64,000 nucleotides of DNA from Candidatus Caldarchaeum sp. (GCA_038885755.1 JAVZZH010000001.1:1-64000), one strand, 5' to 3'; positions 39,601 to 49,020 are shown, numbered from the stretch's first letter. Notes: generated by a model not told the origin, from the letters alone. Numbers and translations are program-made.

Positions 39601-39716
39601 TCTTCTTTTACGATGCTTGTGTATATGGAGTAAAGGGCGACGACGACAAAGCCGGCTGCGATAAGCCAGTAAGAGTATCCGTAAAGAACGTCTATGAACT
39701 GCTCGACGCTCATCAT
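39597..39716 (-). CDS. Small 39-aa single-pass membrane protein (not in the ORF track)
   Basis: MMSVEQFIDVLYGYSYWLIAAGFVVVALYSIYTSIVKEE*; its TGA overlaps the priS ATG (ATGA); AT-rich TATA-like stretch upstream. Confidence 0.6.
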   Translation of the reverse strand: MMSVEQFIDVLYGYSYWLIAAGFVVVALYSIYTSIVKEE

Positions 39717-39782
39717 CCTGTTAAGGCTACTTTCCACCACAAATTAAACTTATAAACATAGGCTGCCGTCCATCCAGAGGGG

Positions 39783-40190
39783 ATGGACAGGGCTGAAGCG
39801 TTCCTATCGAACATTCTTAAGAGCTTGAACGACGCCATGCCGAAAAGACCCGTAAGATATAAGGAGCTGGTGAGGACAGGCATGTACGTGGTGGAGACTG
39901 TAGGTGGGGGAATTCACAGGTTCGACCCAGAAGAAGTAGCAGCGCTCGGCAGAAAACTACCCGAGCACGTTCTTGAGAACCTCCACCTGCCGTTCGTGTT
40001 CGTGAAGAGCTTCGAAGCAGAGGAATCCATCTACTACCTACGTGTTTACGGGTCGGAGGAAGAGGCTTTCCAATCCCTGATGTCGGTCAGGACGATGCCG
40101 AGGACGGACAGAGGCCCCTACACCTACAAGCCCTTCGTGGCAGAGTTCATCAACAGGTTTCCCACATTAGCCGTGATGGGGTATCTTTGA
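39783..40190 (+). CDS. DUF61/UPF0216-like protein
   Basis: LNDAMP, GGIHRFDPEEV..L, LHLPF, ..FPT; resembles the archaeal DUF61 family. Confidence 0.6.
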   Translation: MDRAEAFLSNILKSLNDAMPKRPVRYKELVRTGMYVVETVGGGIHRFDPEEVAALGRKLPEHVLENLHLPFVFVKSFEAEESIYYLRVYGSEEEAFQSLMSVRTMPRTDRGPYTYKPFVAEFINRFPTLAVMGYL

Positions 40191-40342
40191 GCGGGGATCC
40201 TAGATTTCCTCCTTAGATTCGTTCCACATAAATGGCATTTAACAAGATTCACGTCTCTGTATGTCTTCCTGCATCTGCTGCAGTATCCGTCTCCCAGCTC
40301 ATATCTTGGTGCTGGGCTTGAAGGCGGACGAACAGCGGCCAT
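40124..40342 (-). CDS. Small zinc-ribbon protein
   Basis: RYELGDGYCSRC-x11-CHLCGTNLRRK, two CxxC pairs; 3' end overlaps the DUF61 gene antisense. Confidence 0.55.
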   Translation of the reverse strand: MAAVRPPSSPAPRYELGDGYCSRCRKTYRDVNLVKCHLCGTNLRRKSRIPAQRYPITANVGNLLMNSATKGL

Positions 40343-40649
40343 ACCATCCATGAAAGGGGCGGTGGAAAAACATGAAGCCAAGCCTTATTTGGTTCTTCAT
40401 CCTTGAGGCGTTAGGCCCTCCACCTTAACATTCAATTAACATGTGAGTGGGGCTGGCCTTTTTGATTGGGTTGTTCTGGGATAGGGATGTCTTGCACGCG
40501 TCGCGTTGTTCCTCAGACAGATGTCCAAGATGCAGCAGAACCCTGAGAAAAACCCGAGAAAGAAAAAAAGCAGGGCTTAAGCCATCTCAGCCAAATCCTA
40601 GATCCTCTAGATGTTTGACTGTAGGCTTGAAGCATCTCGTAGAGTAGCT

Positions 40650-40750
40650 TGCGGCGGGCGGGACTTGAACCCGCGACCTTCGGCGTGGAAGGCCGACCTC
40701 AGGCGTCGCAGATTTCTGCAACATGTCCTGCCATGCTGGACTACCGCCGC
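40650..40750 (-). tRNA. tRNA-Gly(TCC) with a 27-nt intron at non-canonical position 25/26 (40698-40724)
   Basis: Acceptor GCGGCGG/CCGCCGC, D arm GTCC..GGAC, anticodon arm TCGGC-CTTCCAC-GCCGA, T loop TTCAAGT; the insert forms a BHB-like motif. Confidence 0.9.
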
Positions 40751-40751
40751 T

Positions 40752-41507
40752 TCACTTTTGAACGCCTGCGGCAGGATAAAACTTTAATGGAGTGTTTTTC
40801 GCCAACCAACCCGGCTTGACTACTTCGGCGTAAAGCCCGAAGACTCCTTGACGGCTTGTCCGGAGGTTCTTCAGGAGTTCGATGCTTTGCTGTAGGCCGG
40901 GCTGGGCGTGGGTTACTACTATGCAGCGTTTTGTCGGCTTGACTATTCTGAGCAAGACGTCTCCGGCTTGGATGATGCCGCCGACCAGCTCCTGCTCCTC
41001 GACGTCTGAGGAATAAACGATGTTGGGCCTGAACCGTGGTATGTCTTTCTCGTCAAGGCCGACGGCTTGGAGGCTTTTGAGGCTGACGAGATGCAGAGGC
41101 ATCGAGTCGTGGAACCTCGCCTCAGCTGTCTGCCCTGTTTTTTCGTAGAGCCGAACTCCTTCGCTGAAGTCCACGCCCATGCCTACGTAGGTCAGTGATG
41201 TGCCTCTGCTGCGCACTATCTCAACCTCCAGCCCGAGATACTTGGACAACGCTTCACGACACTCGTCGCCTCTGTATGTCCGGCCGTCTGGAAACCTCAT
41301 CACGAGATTCTCCCCCTCAAGGCTTGCGCAGACGTTGAGAAGCCTCGGCTCCTTCTTCGCCGAAAAAGCAAAACCCGTCCTAGGCTCGACCACAGCGTAC
41401 AGCCTGTCTCCGTCAAAGCCGTGGGGGGAGGCGTATACGACCTCCATCTCCTCACCCAGCAGCGACTTGACGGGAAACCGGTAAAGCCCTACGACCGTGC
41501 CCCGCAT
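40752..41507 (-). CDS. MOSC-domain protein
   Basis: LYRFPVKSLLGE, GDRLYA, FHD, RFRPNIV, RCIVVT, FGLYAEV. Confidence 0.88.
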   Translation of the reverse strand: MRGTVVGLYRFPVKSLLGEEMEVVYASPHGFDGDRLYAVVEPRTGFAFSAKKEPRLLNVCASLEGENLVMRFPDGRTYRGDECREALSKYLGLEVEIVRSRGTSLTYVGMGVDFSEGVRLYEKTGQTAEARFHDSMPLHLVSLKSLQAVGLDEKDIPRFRPNIVYSSDVEEQELVGGIIQAGDVLLRIVKPTKRCIVVTHAQPGLQQSIELLKNLRTSRQGVFGLYAEVVKPGWLAKNTPLKFYPAAGVQK

Positions 41508-41578
41508 CCAGCCAACCACCGCACAGCCGACGAAAACAAAGCATTTAAGTTAAAACACCACACTCATAGCTGATGGAG

Positions 41579-41654
41579 GCCGGGGTAACTCAGCCTGGCT
41601 CAGAGTGCGGGGCTCATAATCCCGTTGTCGTGGGTTCGAATCCCACCCCCGGCA
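41579..41654 (+). tRNA. tRNA with CAT anticodon, most likely elongator tRNA-Met
   Basis: Acceptor GCCGGGG/CCCCGGC, anticodon arm CGGGG-CTCATAA-TCCCG, T arm GTGGG-TTCGAAT-CCCAC; no A1-U72 pair, so not the initiator; Ile2 is not fully excluded. Confidence 0.9.
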
Positions 41655-41665
41655 TGGGTTAAATT

Positions 41666-42769
41666 GTGTCGGGGTTGTGTGGTGTTGGGTTGCGGGTTCT
41701 TAAGGTTAGTCCTTTGAAGAGGTTTGTGTCGGTTATGCCTGAGACGACTCTGGATTTGTTGAACCTGTATCGTGTGGTCGACGTTGGCGACGTGGTTTAC
41801 AGCGTTGCTAGTCGTGAGTTGAAGCGGGAGAGGCGGGACGGGAGCGTTGACAGCGAGCGTGTGGCGGTGGAGCTGGGTGTGGAGGTTTCGGGGAAGAGGC
41901 TGGACCCTGTGATGAAGCGGGTTGACTTCCACGGCGTCATCAAGTATGCCAGCAGAGACCTTGGGCTGGAGGGCAAGCATCACAGCATCCACCTAGGCGT
42001 GGGCGATGAAATAACCATCGAGAGCAGGAGCAACTACCCGCGGCTCGAGGCGATGGCGAAACACTACCGAGCATGGTCCACGAGCAAAAAAACCGCCGTC
42101 GTGCTGGTCGACGACGAGGGAATCAGCGTCTACACAGCGTCGGACAAAGGACTCAAGCCCCTGTACCGGAAATCTGTTTCCAGCAGGAAGATGGAGCCCG
42201 AGGAGAGAAGCAGGACGATGCATAAAATATACGGCGAAGCTGTTGAAGAAGCCGGCAAGGCCGACGAACTGTATGTCTTCGGACCTTCCGTGATGGTTGA
42301 CGAGTTCATAAACCATGTCAAAAGGCTGGACAAGCAGCTGGCCGGCCGGGTTAAGAAGACGGGCTACGCCTCCAGCACAGACTTCGGAGGTGTTTCGGAG
42401 GTTCTCCGAAACAAGGGCCTTCACGAGCTGCGGGAGGTTGTTAAAGACGTTGCGGACGCCGAGGAGGTTGAGACGCTGATGGAGACGCTTGCAAAAGACC
42501 CGTCCAAGACTGCGCTGGGTCTCGACGAATGCTTCAAAGCGTTCAGCATGAAGGCTGTCGAAAAACTCCTGATAGCCGAGGACTACCTCTGGACGGTGAT
42601 GACGGACGAGAGGGTTGCGCAGATGCTTGACCAGGCCGAGTCCTACGGAGTCGACGTCAGAGTAATCTCCTCCCCGGGGGAGAGCTTGGACAAACTGATG
42701 AGCCTAGGGGGCGTTGCCTGTCTCCTGAGGTACAGCATAGACCCGGCGCTTTTAAGAGAAGCCGGCTAG
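41666..42769 (+). CDS. pelA: Pelota (Dom34) ribosome-rescue protein
   Basis: PETTLDLLNL, GDVV, GKHHSIHL, AVEKLLI, LMSLGGVACLLRY; exact start uncertain. Confidence 0.88.
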   Translation: MSGLCGVGLRVLKVSPLKRFVSVMPETTLDLLNLYRVVDVGDVVYSVASRELKRERRDGSVDSERVAVELGVEVSGKRLDPVMKRVDFHGVIKYASRDLGLEGKHHSIHLGVGDEITIESRSNYPRLEAMAKHYRAWSTSKKTAVVLVDDEGISVYTASDKGLKPLYRKSVSSRKMEPEERSRTMHKIYGEAVEEAGKADELYVFGPSVMVDEFINHVKRLDKQLAGRVKKTGYASSTDFGGVSEVLRNKGLHELREVVKDVADAEEVETLMETLAKDPSKTALGLDECFKAFSMKAVEKLLIAEDYLWTVMTDERVAQMLDQAESYGVDVRVISSPGESLDKLMSLGGVACLLRYSIDPALLREAG

Positions 42770-43903
42770 GTCGTGAGTTGTGTAGACGTGCACGTTGGGA
42801 GGCTTGTTCTGAATTTCTCCAACCCTAGCCCCGATCAAGTAGACCTCCGTACCCATGGACGCAGCAGTGTCCACCAGCCGCTGAGTCACGACGCCGTCGA
42901 AGACAACGTACTTCGCTGATTTTTCCTCGCCCAACCGGCTTACCAGCTCGCTCACAGGGATTCGTGAAATCTCCTGAAGCTCGGAGTTGAGAAGCACGGC
43001 TGAAAGCGTACCGTCAACCTCCTTGACGAAGTTCTTCAAATCGGGTGGAACCGCCTTCTTCTCAGCGGCAGCCGCGGCAAACTCCTTCGCCTTCAAAGCA
43101 TCCTCGGGGTGAACCGCGTGCTCCAAAGCCTCGTGGATTTCTCGAGCGGTAAGCTGCTCAACCTCCTTGCCGTAAGGGGCTCTCGCGACAGCGTCTATCT
43201 TGCAGTTGTTTAGAAGCTCCTGCAGTATCAGGTCTCCACCCCTGTCGCCGTCGAGGAAGGCGATGACCCTTTTCTTACGCCGTGTAAGGTTAGCCACGGT
43301 TTTAGGTACCTTGACCCCCTCAACCGCTATCGTGTTTTTGTACCCGAACCTCAGTAAGTTGATGACATCAGCCCTCCCCTCCACTATGATTATCTCGTCG
43401 CTAGAGTCGACTTCAGGCCCGGCGGGGAGTTTCTCAGGCCCATACTCGGAGACCTTCGTCCTGACGACGGCTTCCTCCAAATCCCTCAAAACCAAGTCGT
43501 CGTCCGGAAGCTTCTGCTTCTCCCACGTCGCCAGAATCTCCTTAGCCCTGTCGACAATCCTCTTCCTCTTCTCCAGACGGGTGTCCTCTATTTTGTCTAT
43601 GACGACTCGAGCCTGGTAAGGCCCCACCCTGTCTATCGACTCGATCATGGCGGCTATCAAGGCGGTCGTATACCTGTCGAGGCTCGTTGGAACTGTAATC
43701 TTGCCGAAAGCCTTGTTCCCCTGAGTAGTCACCGTTATCTCTATCCTGCCGATACGCCCGGTCTTCTGCAGCTCCCGGAGGTCTAGGTCGGAGCTGAAAA
43801 TCCCCTCAGTCTGGCCGAACACCGCGCCGACGACGTCGTTCTTGTCAACAGGCCCGTCCACCTCTATCCGTCCCTCGATGACATACTTAGTTATCGTGCT
43901 CAA
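42752..43903 (-). CDS. dnaG: Archaeal DnaG (Toprim; exosome-associated)
   Basis: DVVGAVFGQTEG, LRELQKTGRIGRI, IIIVEGRADV, FLDGDRGG. Confidence 0.95.
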   Translation of the reverse strand: MSTITKYVIEGRIEVDGPVDKNDVVGAVFGQTEGIFSSDLDLRELQKTGRIGRIEITVTTQGNKAFGKITVPTSLDRYTTALIAAMIESIDRVGPYQARVVIDKIEDTRLEKRKRIVDRAKEILATWEKQKLPDDDLVLRDLEEAVVRTKVSEYGPEKLPAGPEVDSSDEIIIVEGRADVINLLRFGYKNTIAVEGVKVPKTVANLTRRKKRVIAFLDGDRGGDLILQELLNNCKIDAVARAPYGKEVEQLTAREIHEALEHAVHPEDALKAKEFAAAAAEKKAVPPDLKNFVKEVDGTLSAVLLNSELQEISRIPVSELVSRLGEEKSAKYVVFDGVVTQRLVDTAASMGTEVYLIGARVGEIQNKPPNVHVYTTHDLAGFS

Positions 43904-43980
43904 ATCCTTCTTCGGTTTTTCTACCTCGACGGAGCTAATAAGGACTTCCCCCAGCTTTAAAAAAGCGGGGCGGCAGCGAG

Positions 43981-43996
43981 TTTAGATAAGGCTAAA
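43981..43996. promoter_or_regulatory. Candidate DtxR/MntR/TroR-type operator
   Basis: TTTAG-ATAAGG-CTAAA palindrome downstream of TTTAAAA (43956) and upstream of a Mn/Zn ABC operon. Confidence 0.55.
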
Positions 43997-44025
43997 TTCT
44001 ATCCGGATTTTCTAGAGCCGGGAAC

Positions 44026-44958
44026 TTGTACGAGAGGCTTTCACCAGCCCTGCTAGCTCTGTCGGTTTTGATGCTTGGCTTGAGCTTGGTAGCGCCGCTG
44101 CTGGCCGGGAGGGTGGAGAGGCCGTCCGACAGGACGCTGCTGGCTACGACGACGGTTCTGTGGGACTTGGCTAGGAACGTGGCCGGAGACCTCTGGACGG
44201 TCGAATACCTTGTCGAGCCGGGTGTTAACCCCCACAGCTACGAGCCGACGCCGCAGGACATGGTGAAGGCTCAGAAGGCTTCAGTCATACTCTACAACGG
44301 ATTCAACTTAGACGCATGGGTCGTCAAGCTTCTTTCGGGCAGGATGTCCGGCAAGATGGTTCGTGCGACAGAAGGGCTTGAGGCCCACCTGCTCACTGTG
44401 CCTGACGGGCCCTACGCCGGCCGTGAAGACCCCCATATGTGGATGGATGTGATGCTGGTTGTCAAGTACGTCGAGAGGATAAGGGATATTCTGTCGGATC
44501 TCGACCCGGAGAACGCAGCCTATTATGCGGCCAACGCAGAGAATTACATCCAGCGCCTGAAGACGCTGGACGAATGGATAAGGTCTGAAACGTCGAAGAT
44601 ACCCGTCGAGAGAAGAGTCCTGGTCACGCAGGAGAATGCCTTCCAGTATTTCGCCCGGGCCTACGGCTTCAGGGTGGGCGCCTACTTCTACTCGATAGCG
44701 ACTGAGATCGAGCCGACGGCTCTAGACATGGTCTATGCATTAGGCAGGATAAAGCAGTTGGGAGTGTGTGTTTATTTCGTGGAGACTACGTTGAGCAGGA
44801 GAGTTATGGAGACTCTGGTTAGGGAAGCGGGAGGCAGGATCGGTTCCTCGCTCTATGCGGACAGTTTAGGGCCTTTTGGAAGCGGTGCCGACAGCTACAT
44901 AGGCATGATGAGGCACAACGTCGAGAGAATTGTTGAGGAGTTGTTGAGGTGGTGTTGA
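44026..44958 (+). CDS. Mn/Zn ABC transporter substrate-binding protein (TroA/PsaA family)
   Basis: NPHSYEPTPQD, DPHMWMD, TQENAFQYFA, YADSLG. Confidence 0.92.
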   Translation: MYERLSPALLALSVLMLGLSLVAPLLAGRVERPSDRTLLATTTVLWDLARNVAGDLWTVEYLVEPGVNPHSYEPTPQDMVKAQKASVILYNGFNLDAWVVKLLSGRMSGKMVRATEGLEAHLLTVPDGPYAGREDPHMWMDVMLVVKYVERIRDILSDLDPENAAYYAANAENYIQRLKTLDEWIRSETSKIPVERRVLVTQENAFQYFARAYGFRVGAYFYSIATEIEPTALDMVYALGRIKQLGVCVYFVETTLSRRVMETLVREAGGRIGSSLYADSLGPFGSGADSYIGMMRHNVERIVEELLRWC

Positions 44959-45710
44959 TGGACGCCATCAAGGTTGACGGGCTGACGGTGTTCTACGGAA
45001 AGCTGAAGGCTTTGGAAGATGTTTCCTTCAGCATTTCTGCGGGAACCCTGACGGCTGTGATCGGCCCCAACGGCTCGGGCAAGAGCACGCTGCTCAAAAC
45101 CCTTGTCGGCCTCATCAAGCCTAAGGAGGGGACGATAACGGTGCTTGGAACATCTATTGACAAAGCCAGAGGAAGAATGGCCTACGTGCCGCAGAAGGAG
45201 GAGGTTTACTGGGGTTATCCGCTGACCGTCTGGGACGTTGTGGCGATGGGAAGGATTAAGGCCGTGGGCCCTCTGAAGCCCGTGAGCAAGAAAGATGAAG
45301 TGGTTATACAGGCCTTGGAGAAAGCCGGGCTGTCGAGCTTAAAATCGAGGAAGATATCCGAGCTGTCGGGCGGACAGCAGCAGAGAATTTTTCTAGCCCG
45401 TGCGATAGCGCAGCAAGCCGACCTCTACCTGATGGATGAGCCTTTGACAGGCATCGACGCCGAAGCCGAGGACAGGCTTCTGGAGATACTTTCGAGTCTG
45501 CGGGACGAGGGGAAGACGATAGTCATGACGACGCACGACCTCAGCTCGACTCTCGAATTGTTTGACAACGTGATGGTTTTGAAGAACTGTCTGGTGGCGT
45601 TCGGCAAGCCTGAGGAAGCCTTGAAAGCTGAGAACCTCGCCAAAGCCTACGGCAGCGAGAGGGTTGCGATGCATCTCTCAGACGTAAAGAGGGTTGCCGG
45701 ATGGCGTTGA
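44958..45710 (+). CDS. Mn/Zn ABC transporter ATPase
   Basis: GPNGSGKST, YVPQ, LSGGQQQR, DEP, THD. Confidence 0.92.
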   Translation: MDAIKVDGLTVFYGKLKALEDVSFSISAGTLTAVIGPNGSGKSTLLKTLVGLIKPKEGTITVLGTSIDKARGRMAYVPQKEEVYWGYPLTVWDVVAMGRIKAVGPLKPVSKKDEVVIQALEKAGLSSLKSRKISELSGGQQQRIFLARAIAQQADLYLMDEPLTGIDAEAEDRLLEILSSLRDEGKTIVMTTHDLSSTLELFDNVMVLKNCLVAFGKPEEALKAENLAKAYGSERVAMHLSDVKRVAGWR

Positions 45711-46513
45711 TGGAGACACTGCTCGATCCTCTGTCCTACGAGTTCATGCGTGTAGCTCTCATCACAGCAGTTGTGGTAGGAATCACTGCATCCACGCTCA
45801 GCGTGTTCGTCGTGCTCAGGGGATGGAGCCTTTTGGGCGACGCCATCTCCCACTCCGTCCTGCCCGGCCTAGCTCTTTCTGCTGCGTTCAACCTCCCGCT
45901 CACCGTTGGAGGCGCTGTGGCTGGAGTGGTTGCCTCTGTCTTGATCGGGTTTGTGGAGTCTAGAACGAGGGTGAGGAACGACACGGCGGTCGGCATCGTG
46001 CTGACCGGAGCCTTCGCACTAGGGCTTGTAATCATCAGCCGTCTCAGGCCGACCGTCGACATCTTCCACATCCTCTTCGGAAATGTTTTAGGCGTTTCAG
46101 CTGAAGACCTGATGATGACTGCAGTAATCGGGTTCATCGTAATCCTCCTAGTCTCCGCCTTCATGAAGGAGATTGTCTCCTTCACCTTCGACCCCGTCTT
46201 CACACACGTCGTCGGGCTTCCATCAGCCCTCATACAGTACTCGCTGATGATCATGATGTCGTTGACCGTCATAGCCGCCTTACAGACTGTAGGCATAATC
46301 TTGGTGATATCGCTGCTGGTCGCCCCGGGTGCGACGGCACAGCTCTACGCACGGAGCTTAGGGCAGATGATCGCGATATCTCTGGCTGTGGGCGTCGTCT
46401 CGTCGGTTGCAGGCCTCTTCTTCTCTTACTACTTCGCAGTAAGCTCAGGCGGAACCATAGCCCTAACGGCCACGTTGATATTCTTCATCGCCTTGGCTCT
46501 CAAGCGCCGCTAG
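45701..46513 (+). CDS. Mn/Zn ABC transporter permease
   Basis: SLLGDAISHSVLPG, DTAVGI, ILFGNVL, FDP, QTVG. Confidence 0.92.
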   Translation: MALMETLLDPLSYEFMRVALITAVVVGITASTLSVFVVLRGWSLLGDAISHSVLPGLALSAAFNLPLTVGGAVAGVVASVLIGFVESRTRVRNDTAVGIVLTGAFALGLVIISRLRPTVDIFHILFGNVLGVSAEDLMMTAVIGFIVILLVSAFMKEIVSFTFDPVFTHVVGLPSALIQYSLMIMMSLTVIAALQTVGIILVISLLVAPGATAQLYARSLGQMIAISLAVGVVSSVAGLFFSYYFAVSSGGTIALTATLIFFIALALKRR

Positions 46514-47241
46514 GCTGCTCCCGACTCCCTGAGGCTGATCAGCTTATCGAGTATCATGTCATGCTTCGCCTCGTCGGCCGCAACCGAGTCCAGCAGGATT
46601 TTTACAAGGTTGTTGGGAATCATCCTCTTGACCTCCTCGAGGTCATGGACGTGGCTCTTCTCCTCATGCTCCCGTAGTTGCCTCAGTCTCTCCGGGTCCG
46701 GGAGAGGCCCTTCGCGAACCCCTTTCTCGACGGCTGAAATTGCTGCCTGCATTATGTCGGCGTGTCTGAGGCTGTCGGAAGCCACTTGCCGGAACAGAAG
46801 CCTGACGATGTCGTCCCTTGACTTGATGGCCTCAGACAGAAACAGCTCAGCCGCTTCCTGCTCGGCGGCCAGCCTGCTGCGCAGTATCCTTAAGGCTTGG
46901 CTTCTCACCTGCTCCTCAAGCTTCTCAGACTCACGGCGAGGGGCTTCAGCCAGCATCAGAACCTCGTAGGCAAGGTCTAGCAGCTCGGTCTCCTGAACAG
47001 GTCTCTTCCTCAAAGCGATCTTAGCCGCATACTCTTTGACGACTTTTTTCACAAGCTCGTTCGACCCGAGGCTGTGCTTGCCCAACGCCCTGACGCCTTT
47101 GACGTACTGGGCCACTGCTTGAGGTGTTATTGAGAGCGCCCGTGCCGTCTCGGCGCTCGTCATGCCGTGGCTCTTCTTGAGCTCTAGGGCCACCATGGCT
47201 CGGAGTAAGGGTATTATATTCTCGGCTTTCGTGTTCTTCAA
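46510..47241 (-). CDS. HTH transcriptional regulator fused to a ferritin-like domain
   Basis: N-terminal HTH GMTSAETARALSITPQAVAQYVKGVR; C-terminal EQEA..DSLRH..HEE..DEAKH. Confidence 0.7.
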   Translation of the reverse strand: MKNTKAENIIPLLRAMVALELKKSHGMTSAETARALSITPQAVAQYVKGVRALGKHSLGSNELVKKVVKEYAAKIALRKRPVQETELLDLAYEVLMLAEAPRRESEKLEEQVRSQALRILRSRLAAEQEAAELFLSEAIKSRDDIVRLLFRQVASDSLRHADIMQAAISAVEKGVREGPLPDPERLRQLREHEEKSHVHDLEEVKRMIPNNLVKILLDSVAADEAKHDMILDKLISLRESGAA

Positions 47242-47260
47242 AGCCGTGTCTGTTTTTTGT

Positions 47261-47343
47261 TAACGGCGTTATATGCTTGACGTTAAACCCTGTGAATGGT
47301 GTTGTTCACGCTGTATAATTTAAATACGGCTATAACGCCGTTA
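47261..47343. promoter_or_regulatory. Two palindromic operators TAACG-N-CGTTA in a divergent promoter
   Basis: TAACGGCGTTATA (47261-47273) and its exact reverse complement TATAACGCCGTTA (47331-47343); TTTAAATA box at about 47319. Confidence 0.7.
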
Positions 47344-47347
47344 TGCC

Positions 47348-48301
47348 ATGCGGCGTGAAACACTTATCCAAACAGCCGCGCTACTCACCGCCGGAATAAT
47401 AATCGGCCTCACTCTCTCCGCGGGACTCGGCATGGTCTTCCCCCAGCCCGCGAAGAACAAGTTGGTCATAGCGGTCCAGCCAACCCTGTCAGCCGCTGAA
47501 GTAATGCAGAGGTCGAAGCCGGTAGAGGTTTTTCTCGAACAGCGGCTACCCGAAGTCGACGTCGAGATATATGTTCCAACATCCTACGCAGCGGCCGTAG
47601 AAGCGCTCAGGAGAGGCCATGCACAGGCAGGTTTCATGAGCGCGTGGCCCTCGTACCTAGCTTGGAAGCTTGCGGGGGCCGAGGTCGTCCTCGCCGAGGT
47701 GAGGACTGTTGGGGAGGGCGACAAAATCATCCAGTCCACCTCCTACTACTCTTACTGGGTCGTAATGCCCGGCTCTCCCATCAAATCGGTTGAAGACCTG
47801 CGCGGAAAGAAAGTAGCTCTACCAAGCCCCATCTCCACTTCAGGCTACTTGGCTCCATTAGCTAAGCTGGTTGAGCTGGGCTACATACAGACAAAGCCGG
47901 GAGTGGAAGCAGACCCCAGCACGTTCTTCAACCTCGTGTTTACAGGAGGATACGCCCAGTCTTGGGCTGCTTTGAGGAACGGAGACGTCGACGCTGCGGT
48001 GATAGCTGGAGACGTTCCAGCAAGCCTGTACTTAGAGGTCATGTCCAGCACGAGGGTGGTTGCGTCTCAGGGGCCGATTCCCAGCCATGGAGTCGTCTTC
48101 TCAAAGGAGCTGAGAGAGCCGCTGCGGTCCAAGCTCGTCCAAGCCTTGCTGGAGCTTGGAGAGACACAGCCTGAGCTGATGCGTCAATTCATCTCAGCTC
48201 TGTTCGTCAAGTTCGAGCCCACAACCTCTGAAAAACACCTCTCTAACTTGAAGCACTACCTAGAGCTGACAAACCTGAAGTATTCGGAGAAAGTGGGCTG
48301 A
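47348..48301 (+). CDS. Phosphonate/phosphite/phosphate ABC substrate-binding protein (PhnD-like)
   Basis: TSYAAAVEALRRG, YYSY, DLRGK, STSGYLAP, PIP. Confidence 0.85.
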   Translation: MRRETLIQTAALLTAGIIIGLTLSAGLGMVFPQPAKNKLVIAVQPTLSAAEVMQRSKPVEVFLEQRLPEVDVEIYVPTSYAAAVEALRRGHAQAGFMSAWPSYLAWKLAGAEVVLAEVRTVGEGDKIIQSTSYYSYWVVMPGSPIKSVEDLRGKKVALPSPISTSGYLAPLAKLVELGYIQTKPGVEADPSTFFNLVFTGGYAQSWAALRNGDVDAAVIAGDVPASLYLEVMSSTRVVASQGPIPSHGVVFSKELREPLRSKLVQALLELGETQPELMRQFISALFVKFEPTTSEKHLSNLKHYLELTNLKYSEKVG

Positions 48302-48303
48302 GC

Positions 48304-49020
48304 TTGAAACACGCACTCGTCGTCCGAGGGTTGAGGTTTTCCTACGACGGCCGTAGGAACGTTCTCGACGGCGTAGACCTTGAGCTTCATCAGGGAGAAA
48401 TTCTCGCCGTGATGGGTTTCTCAGGGTCCGGCAAGACAACCCTCCTCAAGGTAATCGCCGGGCTTCTCTACCCATACCAAGGAGTTGTCCAGCTGAACGT
48501 CGAAAGAGGTGGAGTAGGATACGTGCCTCAGAACATCGGGCTCGTCAAAAACAACTCAGCTCTTCAAAACGTCTTACTGGGGTCGCTCGGCCGTGTGGGA
48601 CGGTTGAACGGCCTCCTCGGCAGATTCCCGGAGGAAGAGCTGGAGAAAGCTCACCGGCTGCTTGCTGAGATGGGCCTCGCCGAGCTGGCCAACAGAAAAG
48701 CAAGCCTGCTGAGCGGGGGTGAAAGACAGAGGGTGGCTGTCGCGAGGTCTTTGATGCAGGCGCCCAGCATCCTGCTGGCCGACGAGTTCGTGTCAGACCT
48801 CGATGTAATCAACGCCATCGAGGTGATGACACTCACCCGCAGGATATGTAAGCGAAACAACATAGCTTTGATGATGACCATGCACGACACGTATCTCGTC
48901 AACAAATTCGCCGACAGAGCCGTCATCCTCAAAGACGGGCGAATAACCGCCGACATGGCCGCAGAAAAACTAGACATACACAGCCTCTCGTCAATACTCG
49001 GCGGAGGAGCAGCTTTATGA
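48304..49020 (+). CDS. PhnC-like ABC ATPase
   Basis: GFSGSGKTT, NVLLGSLG, LSGGERQRVAVAR, ILLADEFVSDLD. Confidence 0.88.
   Translation: MKHALVVRGLRFSYDGRRNVLDGVDLELHQGEILAVMGFSGSGKTTLLKVIAGLLYPYQGVVQLNVERGGVGYVPQNIGLVKNNSALQNVLLGSLGRVGRLNGLLGRFPEEELEKAHRLLAEMGLAELANRKASLLSGGERQRVAVARSLMQAPSILLADEFVSDLDVINAIEVMTLTRRICKRNNIALMMTMHDTYLVNKFADRAVILKDGRITADMAAEKLDIHSLSSILGGGAAL

Noticed and set aside
41655-41700. G/T-rich tract after tRNA-Met as a repeat or G-quadruplex
   Set aside because: Short, aperiodic and overlapping the pelota start
41600-41992. 130-aa minus-strand ORF
   Set aside because: Antisense shadow of pelota and the tRNA
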